64,000 nt of DNA, taken from NCBI GenBank assembly GCA_016787485.1, contig JAEUUL010000005.1, positions 5,588 to 69,587 on the forward strand, written 5' to 3'. This document shows, piece by piece, positions 37,143 to 45,671 of the stretch; within the stretch, counting starts at the first letter, position 1, and each line of letters begins with the position of its first letter. A program made the translations under genes and the position numbers. This DNA comes from Bacteroidota bacterium. GTDB taxonomy: Bacteria > Bacteroidota > Bacteroidia > NS11-12g > UBA955. The notes under the pieces were generated by a model. That model did not search any database. It was not told where the DNA came from and was given only the letters and a program-made list of their open reading frames with translations.

Positions 37143-37619
37143 TTATAACGAACTTAATATCTTGTTTTCATATTCCTGTTTTAGTTCTCCATTTACAACC
37201 CAATCACTCAAAACCCACCACCAGCGATTATTAGCACCAAGTCCCGTTTTCTGGATAGCAGTGAATCGTTTATCCATAGACAATATAGTAGCTGCAGTTC
37301 TTCTATTAATGTCAGTATTGGTATTTTCACTAAACGAATCAATAGCATCCTGAATCTTAATAGGGTAACCATTTTGGAGTAAATCATAAACATGATTTCC
37401 AAATGAACGTTTACCTGAATCATCAGACTTTTGTTTAGTTGCCTGAACTTTTGATTTACTTGCTGCTGGCTTACTTAACTCAACATCCACACCAAGTTTA
37501 CTTAATAATTCTGCTGCTTTATTCGCTTCTTCAGTATGCCAAGTATATGAATCTTTCAACTTTGAAATAAGTTCAGAAATATCCAAATGGGGTGTTACAA
37601 TGTTTTTCTCTACGTCCAT
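37143..37619 (-). CDS. hypothetical protein
   Basis: The ORF trimmed to MDVEKNIVTP... is 158 aa. I recognise no family. It lies inside the AT-rich module. Confidence 0.45.
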   Translation of the reverse strand: MDVEKNIVTPHLDISELISKLKDSYTWHTEEANKAAELLSKLGVDVELSKPAASKSKVQATKQKSDDSGKRSFGNHVYDLLQNGYPIKIQDAIDSFSENTNTDINRRTAATILSMDKRFTAIQKTGLGANNRWWWVLSDWVVNGELKQEYENKILSSL

Positions 37620-37725
37620 GATACAAATATACAATACTTAACGTTAATCTGTCAAGCACTATAGTTCTAACCACGTTTTCAACACTTGACGAACATGAAA
37701 TTAGTAATTATTATATTACGCGCGA

Positions 37726-37771
37726 GATTTTGGTCTAACATGTATATAGTTACCGCTTGAACCAAAAGTGG
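37726..37771. repeat. right terminal inverted repeat
   Basis: GATTTTGGTCTAACATGTATATAGTTACCGCTTGAACCAAAAGTGG aligns with the reverse complement of 34965-35011, CACTTTTGGTCTAACAGGTATATAATTACCGTTCAAGCCAAAAGTGG. Confidence 0.7.
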
Positions 37772-38402
37772 AGCAAATCCCGATAGCTATCGGGATCAAG
37801 GCTTCAGGGCCTGAAGTCTGAACATTTGCAACCCGTCGAATGCCATCGGTGATCTCCTCGCACACTCGGAGCTTCCCCGGCATTTCGCGCCGGCTTGCGG
37901 CACTTATCAGCCTTCATTCCCTGAGGCCGGCCGACCAAACAGCTCTGATCGGCAGCATAAAAGTCCGCAACAGACCGGCAACAATTGTAGCGTCCCGGCA
38001 TTGCGGCTTCAAAGCATTTGGGTAAGAAAACAAGATGCCGGCTGTGCGCGCGGGCCTGCCGATTTTTTCAACCTTTTTTCCCAGATGCTATGCAGACTAA
38101 ATCGCTGCAAAAGGCAGCTCTTCACTTTCTTTAATTCCGGCAATCCGTGTTGCGTCCCGGTGAGACGGCCCCGCAGCGCGAGGAGGGCAGCGCAGCCCGC
38201 AACAAAGTGGAGGGCGCAAGCTGGCAAGCTGCCCGGGCAGGCATGTGTAGGGAAAGGCGCCTTGGGCCGTCTGCCTTTTTGGCTCCACCTTTTTTGGCGA
38301 AAAAAGGTGGTATAATAAAAAATCATTTCCAATAGATTTATAACCCAGTACAATTGAGCTGAACAATGGCGTGTTTTTTTTAGAGACAGGTAATGCGCAG
38401 CA

Positions 38403-39329
38403 TTACCTGTTACCAATCACCGCCTCCATAAACTTACCATACCCCGCCCGCGCCAGAGGCGTATGCCCGAACAACTCCCCAAATTCCGCCTCCGTTAGCT
38501 GCAGCCAGCGTGCATGGTCCCAGTGCAGCCAATCCCCTGCGGGTTCAAACCGGGGCTGCGCATGCGGTTCGGCAAACCGGTTCCACGGACAAACCTCCTG
38601 GCAGATATCGCAGCCAAAGGCCCAGCCGTTCAGCATTTCGTTTTCTCCGGCCGTTAGCGGTGATTTCTTTTCAATGGTAAGGTAGCTGATGCATTTGCGC
38701 GCATCCACCACCCCGTCCTGCACAATGGCCTGTGTGGGACATGCATCGATGCAGGCGGTGCAACTGCCGCAGTGATCCGTCACCGGGGCATCCGGTTCCA
38801 GGTCCAGGTCGCTGATGATTTCTGCCAGAAAAAACCAGGAGCCCACGCCCTTGCGCAGCAGCAGACTGTTTTTCCCAATCCAGCCCAGGCCGGAGAGGGC
38901 AGCCCATTGCCGTTCCATCACCGGGGCGCTGTCGGTAAACACGCGGCCCTGAATGGGTCCGGCCACGGTTTCCAGTTCCGCCACCAGGTCATACAGCACA
39001 TCCTTCACCACGCGGTGGTAATCCCCGCCCCATGCATAGCGGGCCACAGCAGGGGAATGGGGGGCCTGGGTGCTGCCGGGAAAATAGTTGTAGGCAAAGC
39101 TGATCACCGTTTTGGCTCCGGGCACCAGTTCTCCCGGGTGCAGCCGTTTGTCCCGGTGGTTTTCCATATAGCCCATTTCTCCGTGATAGCCCTGATTCAG
39201 CCAGTCAGTCAAGTGCTGCTCTTCCTCCTGAAGTTTGCGCACCTGCGCTACCCCCACCGCCACGAACCCATAGTCCAGGGCCAGCTTATGCAGGTGGTTT
39301 TTCAGTTCAGCGGCATTCGGGGCAGGCAC
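38403..39329 (-). CDS. queG: tRNA epoxyqueuosine(34) reductase
   Basis: 308-aa ORF with 4Fe-4S motifs CGSCTACIDACPTQAI and CDICQEVCPWNRF, and overall QueG-like length. Confidence 0.88.
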   Translation of the reverse strand: MPAPNAAELKNHLHKLALDYGFVAVGVAQVRKLQEEEQHLTDWLNQGYHGEMGYMENHRDKRLHPGELVPGAKTVISFAYNYFPGSTQAPHSPAVARYAWGGDYHRVVKDVLYDLVAELETVAGPIQGRVFTDSAPVMERQWAALSGLGWIGKNSLLLRKGVGSWFFLAEIISDLDLEPDAPVTDHCGSCTACIDACPTQAIVQDGVVDARKCISYLTIEKKSPLTAGENEMLNGWAFGCDICQEVCPWNRFAEPHAQPRFEPAGDWLHWDHARWLQLTEAEFGELFGHTPLARAGYGKFMEAVIGNR

Positions 39330-39384
39330 CCTGCAAAAATGGGGGAAAGGCGTGGAATCCCGGATGGCAGACGTAAAAGAGCCA

Positions 39385-39888
39385 TTATTTTCCTGCCAGT
39401 ATGTTGATATTTACCCCGATTCGATATTTTGATAATTGGGTGAATTGGGTTTTTCCCAGAATGAAACTGCTACCCACGAACAAATTAGCCACTCCGGATA
39501 ATGAGAAATTCACTTCTGGTGTAATTCTGTATTCATTGAGTCCTGACCTGTAATAGTTTTGAAAATTCATACTGATTCCGAAACCATTGTGGTGGTTCCA
39601 GTTTAATTTGAATCGCGGACCGAATATCAGGGAATCAGCTAAAACAAGATCCGTGTAAAAACCGCACGAATAATTGGTTTTGGTTTTGTGCCCCAGATTC
39701 TTACCAAGAATTCCTCCCAGTGCGAAACCCCATTTGCCCTGATAGTTCATTTCTGAACTGAAGCCACGATCATATTTCAACGTATGGGATATTTCTGGCT
39801 CAGTAATAACCTTGGAGAGCCCCTGAGAATAGGCTAAAGGGAAAAGGCAGGTGAATAATATGGTCAGGATAAAAGTTTTCATTGTCAT
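39385..39888 (-). CDS. hypothetical small outer-membrane beta-barrel-like protein
   Basis: 167-aa ORF with a signal peptide (LFTCLFPLAYSQ) and alternating hydrophobic beta-strand texture. It is AT-richer than its neighbours. Confidence 0.45.
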   Translation of the reverse strand: MTMKTFILTILFTCLFPLAYSQGLSKVITEPEISHTLKYDRGFSSEMNYQGKWGFALGGILGKNLGHKTKTNYSCGFYTDLVLADSLIFGPRFKLNWNHHNGFGISMNFQNYYRSGLNEYRITPEVNFSLSGVANLFVGSSFILGKTQFTQLSKYRIGVNINILAGK

Positions 39889-39968
39889 GATTTAATGGGA
39901 TTTTCGGGGTGATTTCTGTCGGGTTCATGGTGCAATGTCGGAGTTTTGCATGAAATCCTGTGTGAATT

Positions 39969-42900
39969 TTAAATACCGGCTTCCACAAAATACATCTCCA
40001 TTTCACCTTTGTGTTTGGCCATGATTTTGCCGCGTGGCGTGCATTTGAATTTGTCTTTAACCAGCAGATACGTGGTTTCGCTGATATTTACCCTGCCCGC
40101 TTCACCGCTGCTTTCCATGCGGCTGGCGGTATTCACCGTGTCGCCCCATATGTCATATGCGTATTTTTTTATACCCACGATGCCCGCAATCACCGGACCC
40201 GAGTGGATTCCAATGCGGATGAGCAAGGGATCTTTACCCAGCTTCACCCTTTCTTTTGAGTGTTCTTCTACAAATTGCTGTATGGCAAGCCCGGCACGCA
40301 CCACGTCTTCCGCATGGCTTTCTGAGGCTGTGGGCAAGCCACCCACACACATGTAACTGTCTCCTATGGTTTTTATTTTTTCTATTTTATATTGGGTGAC
40401 AATCGTATCAAATGCTTTGAAAAATGTATTCAGTTCATCCACCAATTCATTTGGGGTCATTTTCTCGGAAATCTGCGTGAAATCTTTGAAGTCGGTGAAC
40501 AGCACGGTCACCTCATCAAATTGTTTGGCATCCGCACTGCCTTTCGCCTTCAGCTCTTCTGCCACTTCTTCCGGAAGGATATTCAGCAATAATTCATCGC
40601 TGCGTTTTCTCTGTGTTTCCGCTTCGTTTTTCTGCTCCACCACTTCGCGGGTTCTCTCTTCCACCGTCCGTTCCAGCTTTTCTTTTTCTGCCCGCAGATT
40701 CCGTTCTCTCCACCGGATAAAGAAAAACAGGAATGCAAGCGGTACCACTACATACAGCACATACGCCCACCAGCTGCGGTACCAGGGCGGCATTACCCTG
40801 AATGCATAAGACACCGGCGCTGTCCAGTTGCCATCTGGTCCAAGGGCTTTCACTTTAAATGTATACCTGCCTTCGGGAATATTGCCAAATTCCGCATGAC
40901 TTGCCATGGTTACCGGATTCCAGTCTTTGTCATATCCCTCCAGCATGTATTGGTACTTCATCTGCATGGGTGCGGTGGTTTCAACCGCTGCAAAATCAAA
41001 CGATACTTTATTCAGATGATAGGGCAATGTAAAATGTCCGGGCACGGGGTAAAACGGCCTCAGCCCTGTTACTTCAATGCCCTTCCATCGGTTGAGCAGG
41101 GAGTCTTTTTCTGCCGGACTGAGGATTTTACCGTACGCCAGCATTTCCTGGAGTCGTGCAGTTGAACTGTCCTTTGCGGTTTTCCGTTTTGCGTTAGTGA
41201 GCAGGTTGTACCAGCAAATGGGTTCATCCATGATTCTGATATGCTGTATGACCACTTCAGGCCTGGCCGGCTGCCTGCCGGTTGCAGCATAATCCAGCCG
41301 CACCAGCCCGGTATTTTCAGCACCCGTTCCTGTCCACAGCATTCCTTTCCGGGTCACACACATGGCCTTGTGGCCCCGGTTCACCAGCTTAACCGGATAT
41401 CCGCTGCTGCGGTTGTACATTTCCAAACCGGTCAGTTTGCCTGCATCGGGTGTGGGCTGAAACAGCGCAATTCCGGATTCCGTACCCACTGCAATTTTGC
41501 CATCGGGCAGCTGAACCAGCTGCAACACATACGCACTGGGCAATCCATCCGTTATGGAAAAATTCCGGAACCAGCGCTTCACCGGGTTTTTCTGTGTCTT
41601 TTCCCGCAAGGTCAGTTCCATCATTTTCTGTTGTTCTTCCGGCCGCAGGCAACTGATACCCTTTTCGGTGCCGAACCACAGGTTGCCGGCCTTGTCTTCC
41701 AGTATGCTCTGCACTTTGTTGTGCGCCAGTCCCTGCGCCGTGGTGAATGTGGCAAAGGTTTTACCGTCATACCGGGTGACACCGTCGCCCCAGGTGCCAA
41801 ACCACAGATTGCCTGACCTGTCCTCCTGCATGCACTGCACATAGTCGCTTCCCAGACCCTGGATTGTACTGTACCGGGTCATGGTTTTCCCGTCGAACCG
41901 GGTGACCCCGCCACCCCAGGTTCCAAACCACAGATTGCCTGCTTTGTCCTGAAGTATGCTTACGATCACATCGTTGCCCAGTCCCTGGGCCAGGGTATAG
42001 GTGGTGAGTTGTTTGCCATCAAAACGGCATACGCCCCCGTCCCAGGTGCCCAGCCACAAACCACCCGCTTTGTCTTCTGCCAGTGCGTAAATATTGTTCT
42101 TTGGCAGTCCCTGTGCTGTGGTGTATTGTGTAAACGATTTGCCGTCAAAGCAGCTTAACCCTCCGTCTTCCGTGCCCAGCCACAGCTTGCCGTTTTTGTC
42201 TTCCAGCAGGCTTTGCACCCCATCCAGGGCCAGTGCCTGTGGCTGGGTGAAGCGGGTAAAGGCGGGTCCTTCATACCGGTCAACACCGCCGCCCCAGGTG
42301 CCAATCCACAGTTTTCCTGCTTTATCTTCTGTGAAACTGCGGATGTAGTTGTTGGTCAGTCCCTGCGCTGTGGAGTAGGAAACAAATGCACTCCCGTTCA
42401 AACAACTGATACCACCGCCCCAGGTTCCGAACCAGAGCTTGCCTTCCTGGTCTTTGTGCAGACAGCGGATCTGGTTGCTCGCCAGTCCGTGTGCCGTTGT
42501 GAAATGGGTGAAGGTCTTTCCGTTATAGCGGCTTGCCCCTCCGCCATCGGTACCAAACCAGATATTCCCTGCGTTGTCCTCTGCCATGCAGGAAACTGCA
42601 TTGGCAACCAATCCGTCTGACTCTGTAAAATTTGTGATTTTTTCGGGTTTTCCGGCCACGGGAGGTTCGTAGCGGTTTACGCCCCCACTCATGGTACCGA
42701 ACCACAGGTTGCCGGCCTTGTCCTCATAGATGCTCACCACCGCATCGTCTCCCATCAATTCCCGGAAACGCAGTTGTGTAAAGGATTTGCCGTCATACCT
42801 GCTGATGCCTGCTCCCCAGGTGCCAAACCACAGATTGCCGGCCCGGTCTTCCAGCAGGCTGAAAACCTCGTTGTTCGACAGTCCGTGCGATGTATTCAGG

Positions 42901-43532
42901 GTGCTAAACCCCTTTCCATCGTATTGGCTCACCCCGCCGCCATAAGTGGCAATCCACAGGTTGCCCTTACTGTCCTGCAAGATTGCGGAAACATGGTCAG
43001 AGGCCAGGCCATGCGCAGTGGTATAGGTGGTAAAGGCTTTGCCGTCATACCGGGTTATGCCTTTGTTCCAGGTGCCAAACCAAAGGTTTCCCGTTTTATC
43101 TGTGATTGAGCAGGTGATTTCATCCTGCGGCAGACCTTCACCCGTTGTAAAGTGGCTGAAATGGGAAATACCCCCGTTCCCGGCAATCCGCGGTTTCCCG
43201 GTGGAATCCTTCAGGATTTCGCCTTTCTCATTTTGCACCGCCGGCAGGGGAAATAGCAGGGGAGATGGATGTATGTTTAGGCTTCTGTCTGGATTTGGGG
43301 ATAGGGAGGAGAAGAGCCCAGCCCTTTCCGGGATGTTCACTGTTACAGGTGCAGGCAGGGTATCCAGTGCCCGCACGCGGGGTTTCAGGCTGTCTGCCAA
43401 GGCTGACAGCACCGTGATTTTCGGAGTCGAAAGGGTGTCTGGTGCGGTGTTCTCCCTCAGGCCAGATTCCGCCCCTCTGCCGCAGGACAGCAGAAAAAGC
43501 AGGGGAAACCATATCGCAGGGAATTTGCGCAT
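39969..43532 (-). CDS. periplasmic beta-propeller sensor (two-component regulator propeller repeats + Y_Y_Y) fused to a class III adenylate/guanylate cyclase
   Basis: 1187-aa ORF. It has many GNLWFGTWGGGV..YDGK repeats, one TM segment (WWAYVLYVVVPLAFLFFFI), a coiled coil and the cyclase core VTVLFTDFKDFT...IKTIGDSYMCVGG...IWGDTVNTASRMES. Confidence 0.85.
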   Translation of the reverse strand: MRKFPAIWFPLLFLLSCGRGAESGLRENTAPDTLSTPKITVLSALADSLKPRVRALDTLPAPVTVNIPERAGLFSSLSPNPDRSLNIHPSPLLFPLPAVQNEKGEILKDSTGKPRIAGNGGISHFSHFTTGEGLPQDEITCSITDKTGNLWFGTWNKGITRYDGKAFTTYTTAHGLASDHVSAILQDSKGNLWIATYGGGVSQYDGKGFSTLNTSHGLSNNEVFSLLEDRAGNLWFGTWGAGISRYDGKSFTQLRFRELMGDDAVVSIYEDKAGNLWFGTMSGGVNRYEPPVAGKPEKITNFTESDGLVANAVSCMAEDNAGNIWFGTDGGGASRYNGKTFTHFTTAHGLASNQIRCLHKDQEGKLWFGTWGGGISCLNGSAFVSYSTAQGLTNNYIRSFTEDKAGKLWIGTWGGGVDRYEGPAFTRFTQPQALALDGVQSLLEDKNGKLWLGTEDGGLSCFDGKSFTQYTTAQGLPKNNIYALAEDKAGGLWLGTWDGGVCRFDGKQLTTYTLAQGLGNDVIVSILQDKAGNLWFGTWGGGVTRFDGKTMTRYSTIQGLGSDYVQCMQEDRSGNLWFGTWGDGVTRYDGKTFATFTTAQGLAHNKVQSILEDKAGNLWFGTEKGISCLRPEEQQKMMELTLREKTQKNPVKRWFRNFSITDGLPSAYVLQLVQLPDGKIAVGTESGIALFQPTPDAGKLTGLEMYNRSSGYPVKLVNRGHKAMCVTRKGMLWTGTGAENTGLVRLDYAATGRQPARPEVVIQHIRIMDEPICWYNLLTNAKRKTAKDSSTARLQEMLAYGKILSPAEKDSLLNRWKGIEVTGLRPFYPVPGHFTLPYHLNKVSFDFAAVETTAPMQMKYQYMLEGYDKDWNPVTMASHAEFGNIPEGRYTFKVKALGPDGNWTAPVSYAFRVMPPWYRSWWAYVLYVVVPLAFLFFFIRWRERNLRAEKEKLERTVEERTREVVEQKNEAETQRKRSDELLLNILPEEVAEELKAKGSADAKQFDEVTVLFTDFKDFTQISEKMTPNELVDELNTFFKAFDTIVTQYKIEKIKTIGDSYMCVGGLPTASESHAEDVVRAGLAIQQFVEEHSKERVKLGKDPLLIRIGIHSGPVIAGIVGIKKYAYDIWGDTVNTASRMESSGEAGRVNISETTYLLVKDKFKCTPRGKIMAKHKGEMEMYFVEAGI

Positions 43533-43724
43533 TGCAACAAGCCCCGGCTCATTTCAGAACCGGGCCTGTGCGAATATACAGCATGGGTAGTGTGCTATGG
43601 ATTTATTGGCAAGCAGGGTGGGGAAATGCATCAAACAGAAAGAAAAATACCCATTAAGACAAACTCCGCAGGAGTAGCCACTCCCGATAACTATCGGGAG
43701 GTGTTGGGGGTATTTTAAATGGTT

Positions 43725-43859
43725 TGGTAACGGTTTGCAGCTTGGCGAAGTGGCGGAAATTGAAGCACAAATATTCAGTTTTGTACAAATATTCAATCGA
43801 AGAACTGAACTTGAATTTAGCAATGAACCCGCCATTTTGCCAAACTGCTGTTATGTGCC
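43725..43859. repeat. attC-like imperfect palindrome no. 1
   Basis: The left arm is TGGTAACGGTTTGCAGCTTGGCGAAGTGGCGG. The right arm is CCCGCCATTTTGCCAAACTGCTGTTATGTGCC. The outer cores are TAAC...GTTA. It lies directly 3' of the DUF2834 gene. Confidence 0.55.
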
Positions 43860-43869
43860 GTATTTTTCA

Positions 43870-44214
43870 TTACTGTCTTCTTAAATGAAGTTCTCTTATA
43901 AACAAGAATAATGGAAAACCGAATGCATAAGCAACGCATACAGTTAAGAAAAGATATAGCCAAATTCTCTTCATTTTTAGGCGAAGTCCCTCAACCAGTA
44001 TAAAGAACGTGCCAGCAATAGTACCTGTCCAAAAGTCAAAACTCAAACTTTTTGCATAATAATTGTCTGTCCAAGTACTCGTAATAAACTCTATGCTGTC
44101 GAAATCTCCTTTGTGTTCAATGATGCCAAGCACTGCAAAATAAAATGTAAGTCCACCGCCAAGTATTGTTAGTAATAGGTAGAAGTAATGTTTGTTGTTT
44201 AAAATTGTCGTCAT
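43870..44214 (-). CDS. DUF2834-like small membrane protein
   Basis: The ORF trimmed to MTTILNNKHYFY... is 114 aa with 3-4 TM segments. Its ATG overlaps the glycosyltransferase stop (ATGA). Confidence 0.55.
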   Translation of the reverse strand: MTTILNNKHYFYLLLTILGGGLTFYFAVLGIIEHKGDFDSIEFITSTWTDNYYAKSLSFDFWTGTIAGTFFILVEGLRLKMKRIWLYLFLTVCVAYAFGFPLFLFIRELHLRRQ

Positions 44215-45488
44215 ATTGAATTTTGTTTTAGATAATTCTCGATGATAATAAGACATTCGTTTACGCCATTTTCGAGGTACATTTTTTCTCCAATGGATTT
44301 TGCATTTCGCTTAAATTCAATCGAATCAACTTTAGTTATTCCACTAAGCAGTTTTTCAAAAGTCAATTTTTTGTATGGAATATGTACACCTGTTTTATTT
44401 TTTTCTATTAATTTGCCGTTAAATGGTTGGTCTGCAACAATAGAAACAATAACCATTGGGATTCCAGCTTTTAATGAAGAACCAATAGTTCCAATACCAC
44501 CGTGAATAATTACTATTTTACATCTTGGGAATAACCATTCGTGATTAATGTTTTCGATAACAAATAGATTTTTATGTTTCGTGTCAATGAATGGCTTAGT
44601 CCAGCCGTTACAAAAAACTATTCGATGATTAGTTTGGGTCAACAATACATCTATAATTGTTTTTAGTAAGTTGGTGTCTGGAATAGGAATACTTCCAAAA
44701 CCAATATAAATAGGTTTTTCTCCATCTTCAATCCATGCTTTTAATGCTTCAGGGATTTGTTCGTTAATATTTCTATTTCGTTCAGTCGTTGGGATTTCAA
44801 GAAAACCAGTTACAAAAGAATTAGAAGACCAGTCTTTAGGCTGTTTGAGCAATTGATTACTCATTGGATGAATGACAAGCCTATTCTTTCTTAATAACTC
44901 TGTCATTAATTCTGAGGTTTTCCAATTTGGCAAATTAAGTAGTTTGGCTGTTAGATTGACATCTTTTTGAATAAACAACTTTACCGCTATATAAGTGAAA
45001 ATAGAATAAGATATTTTATTTATGAACGGTATATTTTGAAACCCAAATCCCATTGCAGGAAATTCTTTTGTAATAGAGTAGGGCATACTAAAATTAAGAA
45101 TACCATATTTTATATTTTTCTTTAATGTTATTGGTAAAATGTTGGGAAAAGCTAATCCGCTTGCAATTATAAAATCGAAGCTATCAGAAGCCTTGTCAAT
45201 TTCAAAAATTATTTTTTCGTTATATTTTTCTGAATTTTTGCCAATCAGTCGAGCAAATTTTATCATATTGCCTTTACGAAGTACCTCTAAAACGTCTTCT
45301 GTATAGGCTTCTTTTTCAATGTCCATGCTCAATGGGCAAAATTCTATGTCATAGTCAGAAACTTGTTTTTGGAAGTTTTTAAAGGTTACAATAGTAACTT
45401 GATGTCCATTGTTTTTTAGCCCTATTGCCAATGCAATAAATGGTTGTATGTCTCCTCTTGAACCTTTCGTTACTAATCCAATTCTCAT
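44211..45488 (-). CDS. GT1-family UDP-glycosyltransferase (MGT/sterol-glucosyltransferase-like)
   Basis: 425-aa ORF with the N-terminus MRIGLVTKGSRGDIQPFIALAIGL and the C-terminal UGT signature IIHGGIGTIGSSLKAGIPMVIVSIVADQPFNG. Confidence 0.8.
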   Translation of the reverse strand: MRIGLVTKGSRGDIQPFIALAIGLKNNGHQVTIVTFKNFQKQVSDYDIEFCPLSMDIEKEAYTEDVLEVLRKGNMIKFARLIGKNSEKYNEKIIFEIDKASDSFDFIIASGLAFPNILPITLKKNIKYGILNFSMPYSITKEFPAMGFGFQNIPFINKISYSIFTYIAVKLFIQKDVNLTAKLLNLPNWKTSELMTELLRKNRLVIHPMSNQLLKQPKDWSSNSFVTGFLEIPTTERNRNINEQIPEALKAWIEDGEKPIYIGFGSIPIPDTNLLKTIIDVLLTQTNHRIVFCNGWTKPFIDTKHKNLFVIENINHEWLFPRCKIVIIHGGIGTIGSSLKAGIPMVIVSIVADQPFNGKLIEKNKTGVHIPYKKLTFEKLLSGITKVDSIEFKRNAKSIGEKMYLENGVNECLIIIENYLKQNSI

Positions 45489-45527
45489 TTTTTATTTGTC
45501 AATGCTTTTTGAGTGGTTCGGTAATAT

Positions 45528-45664
45528 GGCACATAACGTTTTGCAGCTACCCGAAGGGCGGGACTTTTACCACAAAACTTGATTTGAAAAACTAATGTTT
45601 CATTAACCACAAAACTGTCTTTGGAACACGAAACCCCGCCTTTTGGGTAGGTGCTGTTATGGGC
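45528..45664. repeat. attC-like imperfect palindrome no. 2
   Basis: The left arm is GGCACATAACGTTTTGCAGCTACCCGAAGGGCGGG. The right arm is CCCCGCCTTTTGGGTAGGTGCTGTTATGGGC. It lies between the 155-aa ORF stop and the glycosyltransferase start. Confidence 0.55.
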
Positions 45665-45671
45665 TGCCTTT

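Larger units (their letters stand above)
34965..37771. mobile_element. 2.8-kb AT-rich module bounded by ~45-bp imperfect inverted repeats, carrying an IS1595-family transposase and passenger ORFs
   Basis: The terminal repeats are listed separately. The element carries an internal DDE transposase and its composition shifts abruptly relative to the flanks. I found no target-site duplication. Confidence 0.55.

Noticed and set aside
36751-37619. The RHH gene plus the convergent 158-aa ORF as a toxin-antitoxin pair.
   Set aside because: The two genes are convergent and separated by about 200 bp and a bidirectional terminator. The 158-aa protein shows no toxin-family motif.
37804-38416. Possible RNase P, SRP or tmRNA gene in the GC-rich ORF-less stretch. 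AAAGTCCGCAACAGA at about 37949-37963 resembles an RNase P P4 fragment.
   Set aside because: Only that short string matches. The other universally conserved RNase P blocks (for example GGUAAGAGCGCACC and ACAGAAnCCGGCUUA) are absent, as are the tmRNA and SRP signatures. I kept this only as an unexplained-region finding.
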